IMG/VR virus record: IMGVR_UViG_3300036984_000039
Coordinates: 32,001 to 96,000 of that record
DNA from: a virus
Lineage: Duplodnaviria; Caudoviricetes
Length of the DNA: 64,000 nt
Direction: 5' to 3' (one strand)
Below are positions 42,491-51,855 of this stretch, piece by piece. Position numbers and translations under genes: made by a program. Numbering within the stretch: position 1 is the first letter of the stretch; each line of letters opens with the position of its first letter. The notes under the pieces were generated by a model. The model was not told the origin of the DNA. It searched no databases and worked only from the letters and a program-made list of their open reading frames with translations.

Positions 42491-43921
42491 ATGCCATACT
42501 CGAAGGAATCCAAGAATTTACCCAAGGCTGTCAAGGCGCTCTCTGAAGCCGAACAGGGCGTGTGGATCGCGGCTTTCAACGCGTGTTGGGAACGCTACAA
42601 AGACCTCCCCGACGCGGAGCGTGAGCAGAAGTGCTTTTCCATTGCTTTCGCCGCCGTGAAGAAAGCTGGGGACGGGGCCAAGTTGGCCGAAGAATTGATG
42701 CGGGAGGATGAAGACGATGGCGTGCAAGACCAAGAAGGGGAAGGCGGGGAAGAAGACCCGCTGATTCTGGACTTTGCCGCGCAAGACGCCGGGCACGTGG
42801 TCACGCTCGCGGCTCTGAGCGAGGACGTGGTAAGCGCCACCGAAGTCGAGCGCGTCTCCAACGTCGAGGTTGCCCGCGTCGGCGAGTACGTCGATGCTAA
42901 TGGCAAAAATATCAGCATCACCGTGGAACGCCTTGACGACATGGTGCGTAACTTCGAGGCCCAGGCCGCGGGACAGGATGTCCCCATTGATGTACAACAC
43001 GAAAAGCGCGAGGCGGGTGGCTGGCTGAAACGTCTCTGGCGTGATGGTAAACTACTTATGGCGGAGGTCTCCTGGAACCGCCTCGGCTCGCAACTGGTGG
43101 GGGATCGGGTCTACCGTTACCTCTCCGCCAGCATCGCGATGCCCGATTGGGTGCTCAGGAGTATCAGCCTGGTCAACTTCCCGGCCATCAAGGGACTGGC
43201 TCCTGTCCAGCTTTCCGAGTGGTTGCTATCGCAACCTTATCCCACATTATCCCAAGTTATCCCACAAAATGTGTCCAAGCGCGCTGGCCCGCGCGTTTCA
43301 CAGCACGTCGCGCCGATAGGCAGCGCCCGGCAGCGCCCGCCCTCAGCCCGCACGTCGCAACATACCGGAGGTAAGAACATGCCAAACGATACCGTGTTGC
43401 AAGAGGAAATCGTGCAGCCGGAAGTGCCCGTCGCGGTCGAGGCCGAGCTTGCTGAATTCAAGCTGGCGCTGGCGAAGGCCAAGACGGATGCTGTCACCCA
43501 ACTTTCCGAGCAGATCGTCGCGGAGTTGGCGGCCAAGCGCACGGAGATGCTGACCGAGTTGCGGCAGGAAATGGAGGACGAGCGCCAGTTGTCCGAGTTC
43601 GTCGCCAGCACCAGCCGCGGGGCGCACGCCCTGCCCATCCGCGAGGATGATCTGCGCGCCGTGCTGAGCGAGTTGCCGCGCACGCAGCGCGTCAAGGTGA
43701 TCGACCTGTTCGCCAAGATCACGCAGGCGGGCACCGTCGATATGCGCGAACTGGGCACTAGCGCCGCGAAAACGGACAAGCGCCTGCTCGACCCCGCAGT
43801 CGGGGCGATCCTCAAGGCGCACCTACAGCACGGCGACCTGCAAACCTTCTTCGCCGCGAATGAGGAACTTGGTAAGCCGGAAGACTACGACTTGACCGAG
43901 TACGGAGGCAAGCATGGCTGA
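42491..43921 (+). CDS. ChaB domain fused to Mu gpI-like prohead protease and scaffold
   Basis: ChaB-like MPYS..LP.AVK..VWIAAFN..AFAAVKK; PIDVQH..AGGW..YRYLSA..LVNFPAIKGL; internal RBS GGAGG and ATG at 43379 for the scaffold. Confidence 0.88.
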   Translation: MPYSKESKNLPKAVKALSEAEQGVWIAAFNACWERYKDLPDAEREQKCFSIAFAAVKKAGDGAKLAEELMREDEDDGVQDQEGEGGEEDPLILDFAAQDAGHVVTLAALSEDVVSATEVERVSNVEVARVGEYVDANGKNISITVERLDDMVRNFEAQAAGQDVPIDVQHEKREAGGWLKRLWRDGKLLMAEVSWNRLGSQLVGDRVYRYLSASIAMPDWVLRSISLVNFPAIKGLAPVQLSEWLLSQPYPTLSQVIPQNVSKRAGPRVSQHVAPIGSARQRPPSARTSQHTGGKNMPNDTVLQEEIVQPEVPVAVEAELAEFKLALAKAKTDAVTQLSEQIVAELAAKRTEMLTELRQEMEDERQLSEFVASTSRGAHALPIREDDLRAVLSELPRTQRVKVIDLFAKITQAGTVDMRELGTSAAKTDKRLLDPAVGAILKAHLQHGDLQTFFAANEELGKPEDYDLTEYGGKHG

Positions 43922-44369
43922 TCTCTCAGCAGATGGCACCATCCGCTTTGGCGGAGAATACTTCACCCGGAAGTGGTATCTGGACACCTCGGCAGCGCAG
44001 ACGGTCTACAAGCGCCAGCCGATGATCCTGGACAACAACGTAGACTCGCTGAATCCGGTGGGCTACAAAGACGCGGTTGTGCTCACCACGAGCGACCACT
44101 TCCTCGGCATCCTGCTCAGTGCGCAGACTTCGGTGGTTCTCGCCGCCGCCGAAACGACCGAGATCGAAGTGCTTTGGAAGGGCATTGTCGGTTTTCCGAC
44201 GACGACCCTCACGAACGCCAGTGTGGGCGCACCAATCAGTATGGCCGACTCTGGCGTGGTCGGTCTCGATGCGGAGGCCGCGGGCTTCCTGCTGATCGGC
44301 AAATTGCAGTACGTCGAAAACGGCTACGCGTTTGTGGACATCGACGCGCCGCACGTTTGCGTAGCATAA
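43914..44369 (+). CDS. Head decoration / capsid cement-like protein
   Basis: Position between scaffold and capsid; beta-rich with G..IGK pattern. Confidence 0.65.
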   Translation: MADLSADGTIRFGGEYFTRKWYLDTSAAQTVYKRQPMILDNNVDSLNPVGYKDAVVLTTSDHFLGILLSAQTSVVLAAAETTEIEVLWKGIVGFPTTTLTNASVGAPISMADSGVVGLDAEAAGFLLIGKLQYVENGYAFVDIDAPHVCVA

Positions 44370-44381
44370 GCGAGGTGTGAC

Positions 44382-45293
44382 ATGCCAGTTTCTACCGCTG
44401 TACCGTATCATCTTGTCGTGGGGGCCAGGGCGGGCTTCATGCAAGCCTATAACGAGGCTGCCCCACGCGCGGCATGGGCACGCATCGCGCAGCAGATCAA
44501 TCTGACCGCCAAGAGCGTTGATTTTGTCAATCTCGGCGCGGCTCCCATGCCTACCGAATCCCTGGGCGGCCAAACCGTCCAGACCTTCATCGAGAAGCAC
44601 ATTCAGGTCAGTCCCAAGAACTGGGACATCACGGTCGGCGTCAGCCGTAACGCTATCGCTGATGACCAAACCGCGGCCCTGGATCAGACCGTGCGTTCCG
44701 CGGGCGACCGCTTCAACGAACACTTCGACAAGCTCTGCTACTCGGCTCTCAACGCCGGTGATGCTGCGACCTACGGGTTGTGCTATGATGGGCTGAACTA
44801 CTTCAGCAATAGCCACCTCGACAAAGGCGCGGACTACACCAGCGTGCAGGATAACCTGAACGCCTTGAGCCTGACACTGACCAACTTCAACACGGTTTGG
44901 ACCGCGGCGATGAACTACAAGGACGACCGGGGCGAGGTGGCACGCTTCAACTACGATCTGCTGATTGTCCCTCCCGCGCTGGTTCTGAACGCGGCGCAGA
45001 TCACCGACAACGCCGAAGACGCCACGACTGGTAACCGGGCCATGAATCCGTTCAACGGCAAGGTGTCCTATCTGGTCTCTCAGGATTTCGATGCAACGGC
45101 CTGGGCGTTGGTCGCTTCAAGCCAACGCATCAAGCCGATCCAACTCATCATGCGCGAAGCGCCACACCTTCCTGAAGGGAATGCCTGGTACGACCCGCAA
45201 GGGCCGGACGGCGGTATGTTCTACTTCAAATTTGTCGCGCGGTATAACATCGCGTACGGCGAATGGCGATTGAGCGCCCTTGGGAATACATAG
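44382..45293 (+). CDS. Major capsid protein (Mu gpT-like)
   Basis: LGAAPMPTE, NWDITVGVSRNAIADDQ, CYDGLNYFSNSH, LLIVPPAL, KPIQLIMRE, YGEWRL. Confidence 0.92.
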   Translation: MPVSTAVPYHLVVGARAGFMQAYNEAAPRAAWARIAQQINLTAKSVDFVNLGAAPMPTESLGGQTVQTFIEKHIQVSPKNWDITVGVSRNAIADDQTAALDQTVRSAGDRFNEHFDKLCYSALNAGDAATYGLCYDGLNYFSNSHLDKGADYTSVQDNLNALSLTLTNFNTVWTAAMNYKDDRGEVARFNYDLLIVPPALVLNAAQITDNAEDATTGNRAMNPFNGKVSYLVSQDFDATAWALVASSQRIKPIQLIMREAPHLPEGNAWYDPQGPDGGMFYFKFVARYNIAYGEWRLSALGNT

Positions 45294-45482
45294 AATTATG
45301 CAATTTCGCCATAAGACTGCACGAGATAATTCTCCTCGGTTTTGTGGCAGGAATTGCATGACAACCTGCTTACGCCTGCGGGCGCATCATGCCGGTGGCG
45401 TTTCCTCCCAACGTACCGGCTCTCCTTCTTCAAGCCGACCTGTCGTTTGGCTAACGCGGCGGGTCGGCCAGGAGCTTGATCT

Positions 45483-46772
45483 ATGACCACATTTTCGGAC
45501 TTGAAAGACGATACGATTGACGTACTCACGGTCGATCCAGCCGTGGGCAATAAATGGTACGTCGATTCTGGTAGTGGCACGGGTGGCGACGGCGGTGGCT
45601 ACGGCACGACGCCCGCGACGCCCTTCGTGACGCTGGACTACGCGGTCGGCGCGGCCACGGCGAGCAACGGCGATATCATCTATCTGATGCCGGGTCACGC
45701 CGAAACCAAAGCTGCCGCGAGCAACCTGTGGGCGATTGACAAAGCGGGTCTGACCATCGTCGGCCTGGGTAGAGGTGCGGAACGACCGACCTTTACCATG
45801 TCCGATGTTGGCGCGGTTTGCACGATCACGGCGGCCAGCACGTGGCTCGAAAACGTGCTGTTCGTCTCAGCCATCGACAGCGTGGTCGCGCCGTTGACGG
45901 TCAGCGCGGCGGACTGCACGATCAAAGACGTGGAGTTTCGCGACACGACCGATGTTGAATTCGTGCGCGGCCTGATCACCACGGCTACGGCGGATCGCAT
46001 CACCATCGACGGCCTGTACTACAACGGCTATACGGGCGGCAACGCCTGCACGACTGGCCTAGCCCTGGTGGGCGTCAATGGCGGCGTCGTCAAGAATTGC
46101 CGTTTCTCCGGCCTGTTCTCGACGGCTTGCATCGACATGCTGACCACGCTCTCGAACAACATCGTCATCGAGAACTGCTACTTCTACAACGCCACGGCAG
46201 CGGTGACGCAGGACGTGGCGATGAACATCGCGGCCTGTGTGTATCAGGTCAAGAACTGCTATGACGGCGTAGCAGGCTACGAAATCGCCGGCTCGCAGAC
46301 GAACGGCGTGCAGTGGGCGGGCAACAAGCCGCTCATGTCCAGCAAGCTGAGTGGCACAATCACCGTCGCTTCGCAGGCCATGTTCAACTACATCGGCATG
46401 ATCCGCGTGCACGGTCTGTACGGCTATGTCGCAACGGCAATGCAGAACGCGACCGTCAACATCTCATTCGCCGCTCAAGGCAGCGCGGATGCGGCGGCTC
46501 TGGCCGTCAGCGCCGCGACTGACTTCGACAACGATGTGGTCAACACGGCCTGGGCCTGCACGGGCGACTTCAATCAGGTGCTACTCGAAACGGCTGACGT
46601 GAGCACCATCGAACTGGCGCAGACTGCCGTTTCCGTCGCACCCTGGCTGATGTACTCACCGGCTATCACCGGCGTCGTCAACCTGGTCGGCGGACACGTC
46701 AACAGCGGCAAGCTGCAAGCCTATCTGCTGTGGGAACCCGCTTCGCCGGGGGCCTACGTCAAGGCCGCGTAG
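45483..46772 (+). CDS. Virion protein with parallel beta-helix (pectin-lyase-like)
   Basis: WYVDSG..TPATPFVTLDYAV..GDIIYLMPGH; repeated I.NC.F strands. Confidence 0.7.
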   Translation: MTTFSDLKDDTIDVLTVDPAVGNKWYVDSGSGTGGDGGGYGTTPATPFVTLDYAVGAATASNGDIIYLMPGHAETKAAASNLWAIDKAGLTIVGLGRGAERPTFTMSDVGAVCTITAASTWLENVLFVSAIDSVVAPLTVSAADCTIKDVEFRDTTDVEFVRGLITTATADRITIDGLYYNGYTGGNACTTGLALVGVNGGVVKNCRFSGLFSTACIDMLTTLSNNIVIENCYFYNATAAVTQDVAMNIAACVYQVKNCYDGVAGYEIAGSQTNGVQWAGNKPLMSSKLSGTITVASQAMFNYIGMIRVHGLYGYVATAMQNATVNISFAAQGSADAAALAVSAATDFDNDVVNTAWACTGDFNQVLLETADVSTIELAQTAVSVAPWLMYSPAITGVVNLVGGHVNSGKLQAYLLWEPASPGAYVKAA

Positions 46773-46831
46773 TTGGTGCGGGAGCCGGGTTAGTGTCCTC
46801 TCCACTGGCCCGGCTCGCGAGGAGCAAACAC

Positions 46832-47080
46832 ATGAGACAAGTCTTCTCTGTAGCGCCGGGCGTCATCTGGATTTGCGTCATTCTCGCGCTTACACTTGGC
46901 GCGGAATGGCTCGCGACATACTTCGGTGGCGTGGCCTGGGTGGCGCCGCTTGTGGGACTCTTGACAGCGGTCATCGTGCCAATCCTCAAGGTCTTGGCAC
47001 AGGGCGACATGACGCCAACCGCGCGGGCGCTGGACGAAGCGAAAGCGCCGCCGAGCAAGTTCAAGCGATGGCTGCTGTAA
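46832..47080 (+). CDS. Two-TM membrane protein (holin-like)
   Basis: Two hydrophobic helices and a basic C-terminus. Confidence 0.5.
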   Translation: MRQVFSVAPGVIWICVILALTLGAEWLATYFGGVAWVAPLVGLLTAVIVPILKVLAQGDMTPTARALDEAKAPPSKFKRWLL

Positions 47081-47103
47081 TATCATATTGACCGGAGGCA
47101 CGT

Positions 47104-47394
47104 ATGCCACGACCGCGTAAGGCGCAGCCTGAGACAGCCGAGACCGGCGCTCAGGCTGTTGTTTTTCAAGAGGACATTCCCGCAGATACCCTGGTCGCGC
47201 CGTTAGCGCCAACCGAAGCACCCGAACCAGTCGCCGCCTTCTACAGCGTCGGCGTGCGCAACCGCTGCCCGTGGGCCACCGTGCGCAGCGCCAGCACAGA
47301 TTGGGGGCGCACACCGACCATCATCCGGGCCGACGATGCGCGCCTGAACGAACTGCAACGCTGCGAATGGCTGCTGGTCGCGCCTGTACCGTGA
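47104..47394 (+). CDS. Hypothetical virion-associated protein
   Basis: RBS GGAGG. Confidence 0.6.
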   Translation: MPRPRKAQPETAETGAQAVVFQEDIPADTLVAPLAPTEAPEPVAAFYSVGVRNRCPWATVRSASTDWGRTPTIIRADDARLNELQRCEWLLVAPVP

Positions 47395-47402
47395 GGTTTG
47401 AT

Positions 47403-47855
47403 ATGGGACTACTCGACACAATCCTGGGCAAGTCCTGGGTGGCGCACTTCTTCAATCCCAACCACGTGCGTGCGGGAAGTCCGACAGGTGGACAGTTTAC
47501 GTCAGGTAAGGGCGGGGCGTCCGAAGTAGGTAAGCAGACGGGGCGCAATAAAACTGGCCGAGAGCAAGACCCACAAAAAACCGCTAATATGTTGCGCAAG
47601 GCCGGTTGGCGCGTAGAGCACTATCAGGACAAATGGACGGCGGAGGCAGGTGTACAAATGGGCCGTCCCGGCAAGCGCGCGACGCTTACCTATGATCGCA
47701 CGAAGGACGAGTATGTCGGCAATGCCATTCATCGCGCCGACAATCAGGATAAGGGCGTGTGGCATAATCGCGGCAGCGATGGTGACGCGATGGCGCGCAA
47801 GCTGCACAAGTGGCTAACCGACAAGACGGCCACTGACACACTCGCGGAGGATTGA
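47403..47855 (+). CDS. Hypothetical protein with NPNHVRAGSPTGGQF motif
   Basis: Motif shared with the 24857 and 26076 proteins. Confidence 0.6.
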   Translation: MGLLDTILGKSWVAHFFNPNHVRAGSPTGGQFTSGKGGASEVGKQTGRNKTGREQDPQKTANMLRKAGWRVEHYQDKWTAEAGVQMGRPGKRATLTYDRTKDEYVGNAIHRADNQDKGVWHNRGSDGDAMARKLHKWLTDKTATDTLAED

Positions 47856-47919
47856 CTTATGGCAACAGGGTCTGGGTCAAAAGCAACGAGACGGGATTGC
47901 TCCCGCCTCGTTATCCGTA

Positions 47920-47990
47920 CCTGGCCGTGCCGGGCCGTGCCAACGCCTAACCGCGCCTTGCCCAACCCTGTCCCGCCGTGCCGCGCCATG
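47920..47990. repeat. Degenerate 5-bp tandem repeat (CCnnG/GCCGT type)
   Basis: CCTGG CCGTG CCGGG CCGTG CCAAC..CCGCG CCTTG..CCGTG CCGCG CCATG. Confidence 0.7.
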
Positions 47991-48039
47991 TAAGGCAAGT
48001 ATAACACAAAAGATGCAATTCGTGAAACGGAGGTAGTCC

Positions 48040-48342
48040 GTGGCAACAGGTTCTTGGAACGCTTATAGTTCAGCAGTTCACACCGCGCCGACCGTCGCGG
48101 TTGGCACGACCGCGGCGCTCGCGGCCAACGCCAGCCGCACCTATGCGCTGTTCATCAACGACGCGGATGAAGTGATCTATCTCGGCCTGGGCGTGGCCGC
48201 GGTCGCGAACAAGGGCGTCCGGCTGAACGCCAACGGCGGATCATACGAAATGTCGGCGGCGCTCGGCAATCTGTACGCCGGCGCGGTCAACGCCATCTGC
48301 GCGAGCGGAGGCAAGCTCTTACTCGTCACCGAGGCGACGTAG
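48040..48342 (+). CDS. Small virion structural protein
   Basis: RBS GGAGGT; AANASR..INDAD..IYLGLG..GVRLNANGG. Confidence 0.7.
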   Translation: MATGSWNAYSSAVHTAPTVAVGTTAALAANASRTYALFINDADEVIYLGLGVAAVANKGVRLNANGGSYEMSAALGNLYAGAVNAICASGGKLLLVTEAT

Positions 48343-48418
48343 CAGGGCGCTACAGGCCCGCCACGCCGCGCTACGGGCTAACGGGTAGCTTTACTCAAGG
48401 GAGATCGGAGGTCGGCCT

Positions 48419-48955
48419 ATGCCACTTCATAACCCGCTTGCCTCAACCGTCGCAGGCACGAAGAATGACTTTGTAGACGCACCGAACGCGACCGCGGTCA
48501 CGGCGATCAATCTGGCTGTGGCGCGCCAGGTCGCACGCTGCACCGCGGCCAAGACGCAGGCCGCAGTCGCCTCGGCCAACCTGTTCACTATCGCGGGCGG
48601 CCCGGTGCGGCTCCTGGCACTGATCGGGCAGATCACCAGCGGTATCGAAAACACACCCAACGCCTGCAAGATCACGCACACACCCACGGGCGGCGCGGCG
48701 GTCGATCTCTGCGGCACGTTTGACGTGGACACGGCGGCAGAACGCAAGGTGCTGGCACTTGACGGCGTGAAGGTGACGGCCCTGGTACTCAGCGCGGATA
48801 CCGGCGTGGTCATCGCATCGGCGCTGCACATGCCCATCATCCTGACGGCTGGCACATTGGCGCTCGCGGCTGTGGCATCGTCTACGGGCGCAATTTCCTG
48901 GTACGTGGAATACGAACCACTTGCACCGGGGGCCACAATCACGGCGGCTCCTTAA
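48419..48955 (+). CDS. Virion structural protein
   Basis: RBS GGAGGT; the C-terminus (YEPLAPGATI) resembles the C-terminus of 45483-46772 (WEPASPGAYV). Confidence 0.7.
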   Translation: MPLHNPLASTVAGTKNDFVDAPNATAVTAINLAVARQVARCTAAKTQAAVASANLFTIAGGPVRLLALIGQITSGIENTPNACKITHTPTGGAAVDLCGTFDVDTAAERKVLALDGVKVTALVLSADTGVVIASALHMPIILTAGTLALAAVASSTGAISWYVEYEPLAPGATITAAP

Positions 48956-49164
48956 ACACAAAGGCACCAGCGCCGCGATTACGCTGATGCCTCGACCGGA
49001 TGACAGCAGTCAACCAGCGGTGAGCACGCCGATTGGCTCGTCATAAATACAAACGCAGCAGATGGCGTAATGATACGCGCAATACTTGCCGACTGCGTAG
49101 GAGGTTCCCGGTCACGCTCACGCTCATGGTATAATGTCGCATCGCAGCTAACGAGGTGAGCACT

Positions 49165-49524
49165 ATGGAACAACCACACCGCCCTAAACGGGCGGCGCGT
49201 ATCTGGCATACTTGGCAATCGCTCGGCATCCGGCGCGACGTTGGCGTCATTATGCTGATTATGGGCTTGGGACGTTTGGGCCTATATCGCACGACATCTT
49301 CGGCTAACTTCTTGTCATTGGAGGTGTACGGCATCCTGCTGGTCGGCATGGGCCTGCTGGTCATCATTTCAAAGCCCTGGCGCACAAAGCTATGGGCACG
49401 CATCATTGCCATTTTGGGCGCGGCGTTACTGTTCGGCATGGCCGCGGACGTGGGTGTCATAAGCGTTACGATGCTACTGGAAGCCTGGCTAGGCTACCTG
49501 TTGGCGGAGGAAGGTTTGCTATGA
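49165..49524 (+). CDS. Multi-pass membrane protein
   Basis: Three to four hydrophobic helices; RBS GAGGTG. Confidence 0.7.
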   Translation: MEQPHRPKRAARIWHTWQSLGIRRDVGVIMLIMGLGRLGLYRTTSSANFLSLEVYGILLVGMGLLVIISKPWRTKLWARIIAILGAALLFGMAADVGVISVTMLLEAWLGYLLAEEGLL

Positions 49525-50330
49525 CTTCCGAGTTCGTCAACGTCGCAACGCTGGTTGGCCTGGGCCTGATTGTCATTCTGCTGTTCCTGTTCACGACGGG
49601 GCGCATCGGCAGCCGGGATCGGCTATCGAATGGCCTGAGTCACGAAATACAGCGTTTGAATCTAACAATCGATACGCTGTTGAAACGCAATGAGGAATTA
49701 CTTGCGGAGATTGGCAGGCTGCGCATCGAGTTAGAGCGCACGCAAACTGACTTGCGGGGCGCATTGGAACGCAATAACGTACTGGTGGGCAAGGTGCAAT
49801 CGTTGCCATCGCTCGTCACCGAGGCGGCCTATCTCGGCCCGAAGTTACTGGTGGGCGTAGGCGACGATCCGGCGTTGCTGCTTGACGTGACGATCCTGCG
49901 AACGGTCAAGTCCAAGACCGGCTTGGATTACAACCGCATCCAGCCGGTGACAAAAGATGGCCTGGAACGCATGTTGGCACGGCGGCGCTTGGCGGGCGAT
50001 CCAGTGAGGTATGTCCACCTGGGCGTCCATGCTGGGCCACAAGGGTTGCAATTTGCCGATGGTTTGGCGACGGGCGCATGGCTCTCCGAGCATTTCGCGG
50101 GAGTTTTGGTACTGCTGATTGCCGGATGTCAGGCGGACGGTGTAGGCGATCTGCTCGGCGTCGTACCTGCGGTTATTACATTGCGCGAGGACTTGCGTCA
50201 TGAGGACGCAGCCGATCTAACACTAGCCTTTTGGACGGCCATTGGCGAGGGCTTGACAGCAACGGCGGCCTTTCTGCGAATGCGCGAACGTTGTCCCGCG
50301 GTTGCCGATTTCGCGGAGTTGCACAGATGA
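49521..50330 (+). CDS. TM, coiled-coil and CHAT/caspase-like domain protein
   Basis: YVHLGVHAG..GLQFADG..VLLIAGCQA His/Cys pattern; ATGA coupling. Confidence 0.6.
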   Translation: MTSEFVNVATLVGLGLIVILLFLFTTGRIGSRDRLSNGLSHEIQRLNLTIDTLLKRNEELLAEIGRLRIELERTQTDLRGALERNNVLVGKVQSLPSLVTEAAYLGPKLLVGVGDDPALLLDVTILRTVKSKTGLDYNRIQPVTKDGLERMLARRRLAGDPVRYVHLGVHAGPQGLQFADGLATGAWLSEHFAGVLVLLIAGCQADGVGDLLGVVPAVITLREDLRHEDAADLTLAFWTAIGEGLTATAAFLRMRERCPAVADFAELHR

Positions 50331-50412
50331 CGGTCAGCGTGTGCGGCCACTCATTGACACGGCTCGCATATAGCCGAAAGTACCTGCGCAGTAGCCGATT
50401 GGGGTAATTGCT

Positions 50413-51840
50413 GTGGCAAATTGGTCTGCTGACTTTCTCGAACGCAATCCCGACCTCGCCGGGAAGACTTTGACGCGGCATCGTCACGGCATCACCGCGG
50501 CGCTGAATGCAAGTGAAAGTGTTACCCACTTCGTCGGCTGTCCAGCGCATTATCAGGATGGCAATGGCGCCTGGCAGCCGCTCGATACCGCGCTCCAGTT
50601 GATCGGCACCGAGTATGGTGCGCCGGGCCTAGCGACGCGCATCGGCCTCGATGGGGCGGTGCGCATCGCCGGCCAGAGCCACAGCCACCGCTCCACGCGC
50701 GTCGGCATCCTCACGCCGGCGACCATGAGTTTTGTCGGCTATCGCACGATTCCGCTCGGCCATGTTTCCGGCAACCAGATCATTGCCGAGAACGGCATCT
50801 GGCAGCGCGTGTTGACGCTGACTGAGCGCGGCTTGCGTGAAGAGATCGTCATCGCCGAGAAGCCGGCGATCCCCGGCGTGAAGCTCGGCGACTGGCTGGT
50901 GCTGGAAACGGCGATCACCGGCAGCAGTTTCCCGGACGGTTGGCTAGACGCGTTCGAGGCGAGCGAGATGCGCTTCCCGCCGCCGCGTGCTCACGACAGC
51001 CGCGTGGGGCCGGGCAGCCGCGCCGAGTGCAAACGCTATGCGCGCACGGTCGGCAACATCCAGTATCTCTACACCGGCGTACCGGTGAGTTGGCTGGCCG
51101 ATGCTGTCTATCCCGTGACGATTGATCCCGACTACGCCGCGGGCAGCGCTGATGTCGTCATATATGGCGCCGACCCCACCTACGCGACCGCGCGTAGCAC
51201 CTCCTACGGCTACAACGATACCCTCGAATACGGCCTCGTCGGCCAGATTACGAGCATTCAGGTGTACCGCGTGCTGCTCGTCTTCAGCACCAGCGCCATC
51301 CCTGACACTGACGTCATCTCGCAAGTCAATCTCAAGGCGACCTGCATCACGAACGTGTCAGACACGGATTTTGATGTCCAGATCGTCAAACAGGATTGGA
51401 GCGCGCAAAACCCAGTCGGCGCGGCCAACCAGGAAGCGGCTTACGATAACTGCCTATCCGCCACCGCCGACGCTAATATTTGGCGCGGCACGAGCGGCAT
51501 CAGCGAGAATACGCAGTACACCTCCGGCAATCTCGCCACCGACTGGCCGAGCAAAACCGGCAACACCTATTATTCGTTGCGCTCGTCCCGTGACAAAGCC
51601 GGCACAGAACCGAGTGGTAACGAATATATCTCAATCGGCACGCAAGACAATGCCACGTCGGGCTATCGGCCGCTGCTGGCGATCACGCACGCGGCCGGCG
51701 GGCATCCCGCCATGCTGCGCGGCACGTCCGTGCCCGGCTTGCGCCAGTGGCAGCCGAGCGGGCCGGGACGCTGGTTCCGGCGCTTGGGCGCGGATTGGAC
51801 ACAACGCCGCGGCGGGCTGCTCGCGCCGACAGGAGTTTGA
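50413..51840 (+). CDS. Virion/tail-associated protein
   Basis: WLADAVYPVTIDP motif followed by a DNRLRE-like beta domain. Confidence 0.65.
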   Translation: MANWSADFLERNPDLAGKTLTRHRHGITAALNASESVTHFVGCPAHYQDGNGAWQPLDTALQLIGTEYGAPGLATRIGLDGAVRIAGQSHSHRSTRVGILTPATMSFVGYRTIPLGHVSGNQIIAENGIWQRVLTLTERGLREEIVIAEKPAIPGVKLGDWLVLETAITGSSFPDGWLDAFEASEMRFPPPRAHDSRVGPGSRAECKRYARTVGNIQYLYTGVPVSWLADAVYPVTIDPDYAAGSADVVIYGADPTYATARSTSYGYNDTLEYGLVGQITSIQVYRVLLVFSTSAIPDTDVISQVNLKATCITNVSDTDFDVQIVKQDWSAQNPVGAANQEAAYDNCLSATADANIWRGTSGISENTQYTSGNLATDWPSKTGNTYYSLRSSRDKAGTEPSGNEYISIGTQDNATSGYRPLLAITHAAGGHPAMLRGTSVPGLRQWQPSGPGRWFRRLGADWTQRRGGLLAPTGV

Positions 51841-51855
51841 CACATGGCCGAAGGG

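Noticed and set aside
45292-45480. AT-rich inverted repeat and 190-bp gap after the capsid gene as a mobile remnant
   Set aside because: Only an 8-bp stem (AGAATTAT/ATAATTCT) and no other support; it may be an ordinary attenuating spacer.
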